From assembly GCA_016839705.1 (NCBI GenBank), contig JAEOTR010000070.1, positions 1 to 18,078 of the forward strand: a DNA stretch of 18,078 nt, in the 5' to 3' direction. Under the pieces are notes generated by a model. It was not told where the DNA came from, made no database searches, and worked only from the letters and a program-made list of their open reading frames with translations. Of this stretch, positions 1 through 8,455 are shown piece after piece (the first letter of the stretch is position 1; every line of letters starts with the position of its first letter). The stretch comes from Promethearchaeota archaeon. GTDB taxonomy: Archaea > Asgardarchaeota > Lokiarchaeia > Sigyniarchaeales > SOKP01. A program made the translations under genes and the position numbers.

Positions 1-25
1 AGTTTCACGAAATATTTAAGTAGAT

Positions 26-1069
26 TTATTTTCTTGACTCATAAAGTATAGTTGCGATATTAGTGAAAGCTTTCTCTACATTTTCTCCTGACATCGCAGA
101 AGTTTCTATATATTCTAAATTCAATTTTTCTGCTAACTCTTTAGCCTTTATGGTATTAATTCTTATATCCTTTTCTAAATCTTTTTTGTTTCCAACAAGA
201 AAGCCGGTAATATTATCCTCACTTGATCCTATTTGTTTTTGAATGTCTGAATACCAACCGGGAATGTTCATAAAAGAATCAGGGTTGGTTAAGTCAAATA
301 TTAGAAATAATGCATCCGATCCTTGATAAAATTGTTGTCGCATAAGTGCAAATCTTTCTTGGCCTCCAATGTCCCACAAAACGAGTTGAATGATAGTGGA
401 ATCTTCTGCTTTAAATATTTTATTTGAGACATGGACTCCCATAGTTGAAACATATGCTCTTCGAAACGCATTATCCGTATATCTTAAAATTAGACTAGTT
501 TTTCCAACTGTAGGATCTCCTACTAGAATTATTTTAAATTGATAGTCAATCAAACTTCGATCTTTTAAAGCCCCTTGCAACGGTTCAATCTTAGATTTTT
601 CAAGTTCCTGGTTTTTCAATTCCTCTAATAGTTCCGATAAAGCATTTTCAAGGTTTATTAACTCATTAATATACTCCTCTTCAGGTGCATAGGATTGTTC
701 TAAAAAAGCAATATTTTGAGCTATATCATTGAAAGGTGTTGAAAGTTCCTTAAAATATTTATAAAAAATTACATCATCCATTTCTTCGAAGAATATTGCT
801 ATATTAGATTGACCAATGCCCCCACGTTTCTCAGAATCCTCCCATTGGATATATTTAATTAAACCCTTTAGATTCAGTGATGGAAATGGGAGAATTACTA
901 ATGAATCTGGTATAAATCCTCTTTCCCCAGTAAGAACTGCAAATGTTTTTACACTGATGAGCATCAACTGCAATTGAGAAAAGTCCTCGGGAATATATGC
1001 TTTAGGATTAGGACCTACATCCTCGTCTAAATTACTGTATATAACACCTTTAATTATTTGTCTTTCCAT
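26..1069 (-). CDS. N-terminal longin/uDENN-like domain fused to a Rab-like small GTPase
   Basis: C-terminal half has G1 GDPTVGKT, G2 ST, G3 WDIGGQERF, G4 NKKD and G5 ETSA, plus RabF-like segments (MGVHV, QLVLW, RFALMR, FYQGS, LIFDLT). The N-terminus VIYSNLDEDVGPNPKAYIP resembles the uDENN/NPRL2 'xxF...GP...xxP' start. No C-terminal Cys prenylation motif. Confidence 0.88.
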   Translation of the reverse strand: MERQIIKGVIYSNLDEDVGPNPKAYIPEDFSQLQLMLISVKTFAVLTGERGFIPDSLVILPFPSLNLKGLIKYIQWEDSEKRGGIGQSNIAIFFEEMDDVIFYKYFKELSTPFNDIAQNIAFLEQSYAPEEEYINELINLENALSELLEELKNQELEKSKIEPLQGALKDRSLIDYQFKIILVGDPTVGKTSLILRYTDNAFRRAYVSTMGVHVSNKIFKAEDSTIIQLVLWDIGGQERFALMRQQFYQGSDALFLIFDLTNPDSFMNIPGWYSDIQKQIGSSEDNITGFLVGNKKDLEKDIRINTIKAKELAEKLNLEYIETSAMSGENVEKAFTNIATILYESRK

Positions 1070-1190
1070 CGTTATTATCGGATTTTGTTAATTATTGATA
1101 GTAAATAATTCACTTTTAATTAGTAATATAACTTATAGATATAAATAGTAACCCCTACAATAAAAGCTTATCATAGAATCTTAGTATCCG

Positions 1191-1205
1191 AAAAAAAAAA
1201 AAAAA
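1191..1205 (-). terminator. Oligo(dT)15 tract on the minus strand, a probable archaeal intrinsic terminator
   Basis: A15 run on the + strand starting 21 nt past the stop codon of the 1227..1931 gene. Homopolymer length may be affected by sequencing error. Confidence 0.5.
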
Positions 1206-1226
1206 TTTTGAGGAGTTTAAATTATT

Positions 1227-1931
1227 TTATAGACCGAAATACATTAGGATAAAGGAACTGACATAGCCCAGTCTTACCATAATTACAAGTATTCCCGGAA
1301 CAGTTAAGCCTTCTAATAATCCAAAAATACAGAAAGAAATTGAACCCGCAGATAACAAGAAGAATTTTTTCCGAATTTCTCCTGAAGATTCTAATGCTTT
1401 ATATAAAAATCCAAATCCTAAGAATATTAGAACTGGTAATAACAACCCCCCCAATAGCATACCTGCTAAAGTAAGTAAATTCACATTATAATCAATTAAA
1501 TTTTTACTTGGAGGATCTGGTATAGAGGGGATGAAGTTAAATGAATTTATGGGATCTATGAATATTATTATTTCAAAGAAAATTGAAATAATTAGGAAAA
1601 TGATAAGAATCGGTTTTTTTATTTTTGGGGCCATGAGCTCCACTCCAATATACATCGCGGAAACTATTACTGGAGCAAACCAGATATAAGAAATCAGTGC
1701 TACTATTCCATTATTAACAATATTTTGTTGTATTATGAGAACAAAAAGAAAATCTAAAAATACACCAGAGAACATTAATCCTGCAAATAAATTCGCTAAA
1801 CCTAAATAAGTTAAAAGTCTTGCATTTCTTTTTCTTGATTCGTAATAAAAGAAAAAGCCGATAACAAAACCAAAAATTACTACACCAGACGCAGTGATGC
1901 CATCAATCCAACCATTTAGATCTAATGCCAT
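1227..1931 (-). CDS. Polytopic membrane protein with about 7 TM helices (stand-alone 7TM sensor-like)
   Basis: Seven hydrophobic stretches (approx. aa 8-30, 39-67, 75-100, 107-125, 152-177, 190-209, 214-234) separated by basic loops (SRKRNAR, KIKK, IRKK). No cytoplasmic output domain. Confidence 0.75.
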   Translation of the reverse strand: MALDLNGWIDGITASGVVIFGFVIGFFFYYESRKRNARLLTYLGLANLFAGLMFSGVFLDFLFVLIIQQNIVNNGIVALISYIWFAPVIVSAMYIGVELMAPKIKKPILIIFLIISIFFEIIIFIDPINSFNFIPSIPDPPSKNLIDYNVNLLTLAGMLLGGLLLPVLIFLGFGFLYKALESSGEIRKKFFLLSAGSISFCIFGLLEGLTVPGILVIMVRLGYVSSFILMYFGL

Positions 1932-2024
1932 TAGTAGGAACCACCTAATAAAGCTAAAAAAGTTATTAGATTCTTATCTAAATATATATCATTTCACTTT
2001 AATAAATGAATGGTACAAATTTAT

Positions 2025-2098
2025 TGGGAAAGGGGGGATTTGAACCCCCGATCTCTTAGTTCCGAACCAAGAATCATGCCAAGCTAGACTACCTTCCC
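2025..2098 (-). tRNA. tRNA-Pro (anticodon CGG), intronless, CCA not encoded
   Basis: Reverse complement folds as GGGAAGG/CTTTCCC acceptor stem, D arm GTCTAGCTTGGCATGAT, anticodon stem CTTGG/CTAAG with loop TTCGGAA, T arm GGGGG-TTCAAAT-CCCCC and discriminator A73. G1-C72 with A73 fits archaeal tRNA-Pro. Confidence 0.93.
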
Positions 2099-2198
2099 AT
2101 AAAAGCTGAAATAAACGAAAGATAACCCTGTAAATGGAAAAATATTAAAAATTATTACCCAAATAAAAGGGTTAAGTTGGATGTAACCTAAAAAATAA

Positions 2199-2474
2199 TT
2201 AATCTTTAATTCTCTCTAAAATAGACATGATTCGGTAGATTGTAGTACGGGAATGAAGAGGAATATTCGGGTCAAGGCTTAAGTCATCAACCATATACAT
2301 CACATTACTGGCTAAAACACCTGGGGTTTCATCCTCTTTATGAAGCTCATCAATACCTCTCTGAGCAATCCTTTTTATATTTCGTGGTACACTACGGTCT
2401 CCTAACAACCCATTTAAAAGGTTCTCAACTTCTTCGAAAGCGGTTTTAACGATATCACTAAAGCCTTTTGCCAT
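2199..2474 (-). CDS. UPF0147 family protein (conserved archaeal small helical protein)
   Basis: Signature segments DRSVPRNIKR and DDLSLDPNIPLHSRTTIYRIMSILE; 91 aa. Confidence 0.9.
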   Translation of the reverse strand: MAKGFSDIVKTAFEEVENLLNGLLGDRSVPRNIKRIAQRGIDELHKEDETPGVLASNVMYMVDDLSLDPNIPLHSRTTIYRIMSILERIKD

Positions 2475-2570
2475 AGATTGAAGTCACCAAAATTAGTGTA
2501 TTTAGTTTGTGAGGAATTTAAATTTTGAAATATTTTTTAAAATTTAATTTTTTTGTTTTCTAACCGATTT

Positions 2571-5483
2571 TTAGTAAATCCCAAATTTGTGAATTTCACG
2601 CTTTAGTGATGGTATTTTTTCATTGAATTGTTTAATTTGGATATTGTATTTCTTGAAAAAGTCTTCGAATTTATCTATTTTACTTTGATTAATGTTTTCT
2701 ACAAATTCATAAGATAAATTCTGAATATCATCAAAGATTTTGTTAAATTGTTCGGTAGAATCCATGAGTTTTGAATTCACATCTTTGCCTTCTTTTCTCA
2801 CCATATTTCGTAGTTTACCTCTGGGAATCCTAATCTTCTCAATAAGATTATCACAATCATGCAATAATAGATAAGATTTGATTTTGTTTTCTTCAGTCAA
2901 TTTAGCTTCAATTATTTCTGTTCTCCAAGTATTAATACGTCCTCGAGCAAATGTGTCAAAATTAAGAGATATTGAATCTATTCCCTCTCTCACAAGAAAC
3001 CTGAGAAAGTCAGGATCATCACTTGGAGCTTGTCCACAAATACCAACCTTTTTTCCATATTCATGAGCTGTGGTGATAAGATGAGTTAAAGATCTTCTGA
3101 TTGCTTCACTATTTGTAGTATAATTGTATTCTTTAGCGATTGGTATTAACTTTGATCCGTCTCTATCAACCCCGTAGGTTAATTGAGTGAGATCGTTTGA
3201 TCCAATAGAAAATCCATCAAAAAATTCGCAAAAAAGATCAGCACAAATAATATTGGAAGGGATTTCTGCCATTACATAGACTTTTAATTCATCTTCTCCC
3301 CGAACTAAACCTTCACTTTCCATAATCTCTATGATTTGTTTACCCTCTTCTGGGGATCTGCAGAATGGAACCATAGGGATAATATTTTTTAATCCCCACT
3401 CACGAGCTTTTTTAATTGCTCTTAACTCCAATATAAAAGCTTGTTGAAAATCATCAGATACATATCTTGAAGCACCTCTAAATCCCATCATTGGATTATT
3501 CTCATCTCCTTCATAAATCCAACCACCAATTAGATTAGCATATTCATTTGTCTTAAAATCTGAAAGTCGAACTACACATTCAGCGGTACTTCCATCAGGT
3601 AAAATCTTCCATACACCCGCAGCAATAGTGGCAATGCCTTCAGCTAATTTGTCAACATAGAATTCTTCTTTATCTTCATAACCAATAGTTTGTGTCCTTA
3701 TTTTATCTAAGGTTTGCTTTAATTGAAAGATTTCTTGATTAAACGGATCTTTATGATGCAAATCGCTTCTCTTGATATTTTCAATTTTATTCCTTTGATC
3801 TAATAATATTTCGTATCGCATTACGAGTGCTTCGAAATCAATTAAAGCATTTGGATGGATTTGTGCTTCATCATTAATTATAAATTCTAATCTCGCCAAT
3901 CCCGTTCCATCAGGATACTTTCCAGAAGAAAGAGCTCCTTTCGGGATTCCCAAGTTAACTAATACCTTGGTTTTTGTTTGAGGAAGTTTTGCAAATTCAA
4001 TGGTATCAAAATCATATTCAACATCTTTCAACCAGATGCGTGGTTCCCCTTCACTGCAATCTATTGTGACATATTCAATTCCATCACGTTGTTTTCCCTT
4101 CATTACTTGTATGATATCATCAGCCCCAACGATTGAAGAAATATTTAATTCACGTGATACGATGGCCGCGTGACACGTTGGTCCTCCTCTTTCAGTAATG
4201 ACTCCTCCCAAATTCTGCATATAAGATGTCCAATCTGGATTTGTTTCTTCAGTAATAAGAATATCTCCTTCCCGTAACAAGTATGCATCATTAATAGATT
4301 CAATAACTTTTACTTTTCCATAACCTATTCTTCGACCAATAGCAATACCCGAATTTTCTACCAATAATCCATCCTGAATTAATTCTGCAGGATCTTCAAG
4401 AAGATAAAATATTTCTTCTACGTCTCCTTTAATACTATGGACTGTCTCGGGACGTGCTTGAACAATGTATACTTTACCATTATTGCCGACAGCCCATTCA
4501 ATATCCATTCTTTTATTATAATGTTTTCTAATCTTTTGGGCATATTCTGCTAAGCTTAGAACTTCATTTTCCGTTAAACAATATTCTTTCTGTTTATCTT
4601 CTGGTACTGGAATAACTTCCGTTCCGATTTTCTCAGTTCCTTCTAAGAATACCATCATTTTCTCTTTATTTACCAATTCACGACGAATGATCCTTAATCC
4701 TTTTGGGTCGTGTTTGAAGACTATGAACTCATCTCCCTTTTCAACCCCTTGAACAATTAATTCCCCTAGGCCCCATGTTCCTCTAATTGAAATTACATTT
4801 GGATTACCTGAATCTGGATCTTCAGTGAACATTACTCCAGATGATTTAACACCCGTTAAACCACCTGCCATTTCTTGAATTCCTACTGAAAGTTTCACAG
4901 AAAAATGGTCGAAACCCGCACGCTCGCGATACATTGTTGCTCTTGTGGTGAAGATTGATGCCATATCTTTTAATATATATTCTAAAATTTCCTTTTCTCC
5001 AGATATATTTAGATGAGTGTCTTGTTGGCCTGCAAATGATGCGTCGGGTAGATCTTCAGCAGTAGCAGAGCTTCTCACAGCGAATGTAGATTCTCCACCA
5101 ATTTTTTCAATTAATTTAGAATAAGCTTCTAGGATTTCATCAGCTAAAGAATCCGGGATTTTTGCTTGTTCTATAACATACCTAATATTTGCACAGATTT
5201 TGTCTACTTTTTCAACAGCTTTTATATCTTCTGATTTGAGTTCATTAGAAATCTTCCTGATGTCTCTAGCAATTAGCTCCCGAAGTGATACTTCCTTTTC
5301 TTTAATGGTAAAGAAATTGGTATCAAGTACATAATCAAAAGCTTTTGAAGTCACGGCAAATCCAAGAGGTACTGCGATCCCAAAACTCAATAATTCACCA
5401 AGCGAGGCGTTTTTCCCTCCTACAAGAGGTACATCTTTAATTTTTACATCTTCAAAGAATTTAATATACCTATAATCACTCAT
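2571..5483 (-). CDS. ppsA: Phosphoenolpyruvate synthase (pyruvate, water dikinase) with a C-terminal extension
   Basis: VGGKNASLGEL, AVRSSATAEDLPDASFAGQQDT, DIEWA, IVQARPETV, phospho-His motif GGPTCHAAIVSREL, RLSDFKTNEYANLIGG, NPMMGFRGASRY, GFSIGSNDLTQL, GICGQAPSD. Confidence 0.97.
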   Translation of the reverse strand: MSDYRYIKFFEDVKIKDVPLVGGKNASLGELLSFGIAVPLGFAVTSKAFDYVLDTNFFTIKEKEVSLRELIARDIRKISNELKSEDIKAVEKVDKICANIRYVIEQAKIPDSLADEILEAYSKLIEKIGGESTFAVRSSATAEDLPDASFAGQQDTHLNISGEKEILEYILKDMASIFTTRATMYRERAGFDHFSVKLSVGIQEMAGGLTGVKSSGVMFTEDPDSGNPNVISIRGTWGLGELIVQGVEKGDEFIVFKHDPKGLRIIRRELVNKEKMMVFLEGTEKIGTEVIPVPEDKQKEYCLTENEVLSLAEYAQKIRKHYNKRMDIEWAVGNNGKVYIVQARPETVHSIKGDVEEIFYLLEDPAELIQDGLLVENSGIAIGRRIGYGKVKVIESINDAYLLREGDILITEETNPDWTSYMQNLGGVITERGGPTCHAAIVSRELNISSIVGADDIIQVMKGKQRDGIEYVTIDCSEGEPRIWLKDVEYDFDTIEFAKLPQTKTKVLVNLGIPKGALSSGKYPDGTGLARLEFIINDEAQIHPNALIDFEALVMRYEILLDQRNKIENIKRSDLHHKDPFNQEIFQLKQTLDKIRTQTIGYEDKEEFYVDKLAEGIATIAAGVWKILPDGSTAECVVRLSDFKTNEYANLIGGWIYEGDENNPMMGFRGASRYVSDDFQQAFILELRAIKKAREWGLKNIIPMVPFCRSPEEGKQIIEIMESEGLVRGEDELKVYVMAEIPSNIICADLFCEFFDGFSIGSNDLTQLTYGVDRDGSKLIPIAKEYNYTTNSEAIRRSLTHLITTAHEYGKKVGICGQAPSDDPDFLRFLVREGIDSISLNFDTFARGRINTWRTEIIEAKLTEENKIKSYLLLHDCDNLIEKIRIPRGKLRNMVRKEGKDVNSKLMDSTEQFNKIFDDIQNLSYEFVENINQSKIDKFEDFFKKYNIQIKQFNEKIPSLKREIHKFGIY

Positions 5484-5595
5484 CTTAAAGAGAAACCCTT
5501 TGATTATTATAGTGTTGAGATTAATTCAATCTTAAATTTATTCTTCTTCTAATTATAAATATAACTTTAATAAAAAAAGTAACGTCAATAAATAA

Positions 5596-6114
5596 CTATT
5601 TCAACTCTTTATCAAAGACTTCGAAATCAGAGGTTGTATACAAACAGAAGATAACTTCGTTAATCTGAGTATTAGCATTTAAATATTCTTTTACGGCAGT
5701 TATCATGACTTTTGAGCATCTCTCGATTGGATATCCAAAAATCCCTGTTGATATCGCAGGGAAAGCTATCGTTTTTAAATTATATTCATCCATTACTTTT
5801 AAGCTGTTTAAAGTAGCATTTCTTAGTTTTATATCTTCATCTCCTTCACCCATCCTTGGTCCAACGGCATGGATTACGTGTTTTGCCTTTAGATTTCCTC
5901 CCGACGTAATAATAGCACCACCTACGAATGTTCCACCGATTTTATTGCATTCTTCTTGGATTGTAGGACCACCTTTTTTTCTTATTGCACCTGCAACACC
6001 CCCACCAAGTATAAGCTGAGAATTTGCAGCATTTACAATAGCATCTGTTTCTAATTCTGTGATGTCTCCTTGGATAAGTCTTATCTTTGACTTACTTACT
6101 ACTATCTCTCTCAT
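5596..6114 (-). CDS. Macrodomain protein (MacroD/YmdB-like ADP-ribose-binding or O-acetyl-ADP-ribose deacetylase)
   Basis: GDITE, DAIVNAAN, GGGVAGAI, VIHAVGP, IAFPAISTGIFGYP. Confidence 0.95.
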   Translation of the reverse strand: MREIVVSKSKIRLIQGDITELETDAIVNAANSQLILGGGVAGAIRKKGGPTIQEECNKIGGTFVGGAIITSGGNLKAKHVIHAVGPRMGEGDEDIKLRNATLNSLKVMDEYNLKTIAFPAISTGIFGYPIERCSKVMITAVKEYLNANTQINEVIFCLYTTSDFEVFDKELK

Positions 6115-6199
6115 AATATTAGTATTTAATACTTTTTCACAAATAATATTTTAGATTATGAAATCAAGGGATGTTTTTAGATAAAATATAGAAAAAAAT

Positions 6200-6949
6200 T
6201 TAGGATCCAGGATCATGATCATGATCATGGTCATGTTCTGGTTCTGGTTCTTGTTTTTTAAGAATTTCGTCAATTTTAGAACGATCCTCATCTGACATTT
6301 TACTCATGGCTTCCATTTGTTGTTTCATTAACATTCTCATGAAGTTATTTGAAACAATTTGATTTAACACTGGAAGAGCTATTCTCATCCTGGTTAATTC
6401 AAAATGCATTGTTCTTGCCGTTTCTCTCATCTTAATTAAATCTTCTTTAGTCATACCAGATTCACCGATACCTGGACAATCAGCATCTACTACGATAAAA
6501 TTTTTCCCATCAAATTCTAAAGGATATGTTCTACAACTTAGTGGGCGATTATCATAAATAAGACACTTCTTATCATCCTTATTGTACAAAGGACACTTAA
6601 CATCAAGTAATTCTTCAATTGGGACAGCCCCAAATGGATCTCGTTGAGTATCTTCTTCACCTTCTTTAGGTGGTGGGGGTAATGGTTTTAATACCAAATC
6701 AATTCCGCCATCTGGTTTTTGATAAATGTCTAAATAAGGCATGAAATTAGCGACTACACCATTTTTTGCCCATAATTCCAAATCCCAGAACGTTATTGGA
6801 ATGGGTCCACGAGCAAGGCAACATTCATCACACCGTGTGCATTTAAAAGTGAATTTTGTTTTAGCCTTTTCTTCCTCATCCTCAGGCTTCTGAATATCTG
6901 ATTCCTCTACATCTCCTGAGTTTTGATTTTCTTGGTCATTTTCTGGCAT
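6200..6949 (-). CDS. YkgJ family (CxxCxxCC) zinc/iron-chelating cysteine-cluster protein
   Basis: FKCTRCDECC, CPLY...KCLIYDNRPLSCRTYP, DCPGIG. Acidic disordered N-terminus and His/Asp-repeat C-terminus. Confidence 0.9.
   Translation of the reverse strand: MPENDQENQNSGDVEESDIQKPEDEEEKAKTKFTFKCTRCDECCLARGPIPITFWDLELWAKNGVVANFMPYLDIYQKPDGGIDLVLKPLPPPPKEGEEDTQRDPFGAVPIEELLDVKCPLYNKDDKKCLIYDNRPLSCRTYPLEFDGKNFIVVDADCPGIGESGMTKEDLIKMRETARTMHFELTRMRIALPVLNQIVSNNFMRMLMKQQMEAMSKMSDEDRSKIDEILKKQEPEPEHDHDHDHDPGS
6211..6250. repeat. Short coding hexamer tandem repeats (GATCAT)n followed by (GTTCTG)n, encoding EPEPEHDHDHDHD
   Basis: gatcatgatcatgatcatggtcatgttctggttctggttc read directly from the sequence. 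Confidence 0.8.
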
Positions 6950-7076
6950 CTTATTTCTTCCTTATAGATGTTTTATTATTCTATAAATTATCTTTATTCT
7001 TCAAAATTTACAATATTTCTTTAAAAAAAAATCTTATTTTTAATTTTCATAAATGATATCTAATGATGATTAGTTC

Positions 7077-7676
7077 TCAGATTCTTTTAAATAGTTCTTC
7101 CTTTTTTAATAAACGACCCAGACTAGCTAAAACAGGTTCGATTATAGCTTCCTTTCGTATTCCCGTGAGAACGATTTTGCCCGTGCTAAAAATTAAAAAT
7201 ACAGATTTTGTTGGGGAAAGCGAATTATAAATCAACCCAGGAAACACTTCAGGCTCATAAATAGCATTTGTTAACGTAACTGCTGCGGCGTCTAGGTTAA
7301 TTTCTCTATAGAAATTAGCAGTCACTACAATATTCACAATCTCTGATTTGATTTTTTCTTTCGATATCTTTATCGTTCTAATTTTCCCTAAATTTAAAAT
7401 CAATTTCTTTAACACTAATTCAATATTACTAGATGACTTCAAACCTGTTAAAATTAGTTTTCCGTTCCTAAAAATTATAATAACACACTTTGGGAGACTA
7501 AACCTTATAAAAAGTCCTGGAAAGCGATTTGAATCATATTGTGAATTGCTTAATTCGTTAGTTAGCAACGGTAAATCTAAATCTTCCTCGATTGGTAAAC
7601 GTGATGTGACTACGAAATTTTGTAAGGTATAAGTTAAACTGCTTTTTTCCTCTTTCGGTTTTACTTCAAGAACCAT
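7077..7676 (-). CDS. tbp: TATA-box-binding protein, divergent and probably a secondary paralog
   Basis: Two TBP repeats: LQNFVVT...YDSNRFPGLFIR...IIFRNGKLILTG and IVNIVVT...YEPEVFPGLIY...LIFSTGKIVLTG. All four intercalating Phe positions are present. Confidence 0.93.
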   Translation of the reverse strand: MVLEVKPKEEKSSLTYTLQNFVVTSRLPIEEDLDLPLLTNELSNSQYDSNRFPGLFIRFSLPKCVIIIFRNGKLILTGLKSSSNIELVLKKLILNLGKIRTIKISKEKIKSEIVNIVVTANFYREINLDAAAVTLTNAIYEPEVFPGLIYNSLSPTKSVFLIFSTGKIVLTGIRKEAIIEPVLASLGRLLKKEELFKRI

Positions 7677-7837
7677 TCATGGACTCCACAAAATTAGTTT
7701 AATCTATAAATTTCACTAAATAATAAAGCTATCATTTTATTTAACTATACCTTTTTACCTAAATATAGGTTTTGAAGCCATAATTCAGCAATTTTCAGTT
7801 CTTTATTTTTTTATTCAAATAACATGGCTTTAGTTGA

Positions 7838-8230
7838 TTACTCTATGAAATCCTGACTAGGTAACCCCGGAGGAAATTTCCCCTGTTCCTGCAAACGGCG
7901 CACCATCTCATCACGGACGAGTATATGGGAATAAGAAAGTCCAATTCGAGTGAACCCAGGACGATTATCGGTTAAGAGATTTACGTCGAGGGTATCTGCG
8001 TATCGGAAATAGCTGTCAGCTATTTTTTCGTTTGCCTCAATGAACCAATCTGCGGTTGGTGGACGAAATTGTTCGTAGGGAGATCCTCGAGCTGGTACAA
8101 CCACTAGTGGTGCGCTATAAACACCTTTCGAAATTCGTTCGAGTTTCTTCACCTTTATCCGAATCCCTTCGGAAAGAATTCTGGCTTTAAGAAAGATATC
8201 CTCCTTGGTAATATTTCTTTTTTCAGTCAT
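7838..8230 (-). pseudogene. Probable internally deleted radical SAM gene (N-terminal and C-terminal remnants in frame)
   Basis: GVYSAPLVVVPARGSPYEQFRPP resembles the C-terminal beta-strand / P-x-x-G-(S/T)-P motif of biotin-synthase-like or MSMEG_0568-like radical SAM proteins. The first ~29 aa (FLKARILSEGIR) resemble their N-terminus. No Cys at all, so no CxxxCxxC. About 47% GC counted over 7861-8160. Confidence 0.55.
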
Positions 8231-8455
8231 GGCAATCTCTTTCTCATTATCTCTTTAAATAGAATATATGGGTTCTCTTAAATATATTCATTAAGCATAA
8301 TTTTCCCTATGTTTGCTGTTTTTTACTTCTTTTAAAGATCATAACTTACAATAATAAGAGGGAAAATTAAATAACAAAATAATTTAACCTTCTAATAAAG
8401 ATTTTTTATCATGAATAATTTGTTTTCTCATATTAACAGATAAATTAAGAAGAAT

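Noticed and set aside
2025-2098. Reading the tRNA as Arg(TCG), or as an integration site
   Set aside because: The shifted register breaks the anticodon stem. I saw no integrase and no duplicated tRNA 3' end in the window.
2123-2174. 7-bp inverted repeat TAACCCT...AGGGTTA upstream of the tRNA
   Set aside because: Too short and too widely spaced to exceed chance.
2878-3066. 62-aa + strand ORF
   Set aside because: Antisense shadow inside ppsA; no motifs.
2571-5483. Intein as the explanation for the long PpsA
   Set aside because: No Cys/Ser-start, His-Asn-end splicing motifs or LAGLIDADG blocks seen.
5705-6019. 104-aa + strand ORF
   Set aside because: Antisense to the well-supported macrodomain gene.
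5596-6114. Macrodomain as part of an ADP-ribosylation toxin-antitoxin or defence system
   Set aside because: No adjacent ART, DarT or sirtuin gene; it looks like the ordinary housekeeping type.
7348-7632. 94-aa + strand ORF
   Set aside because: Antisense to TBP.
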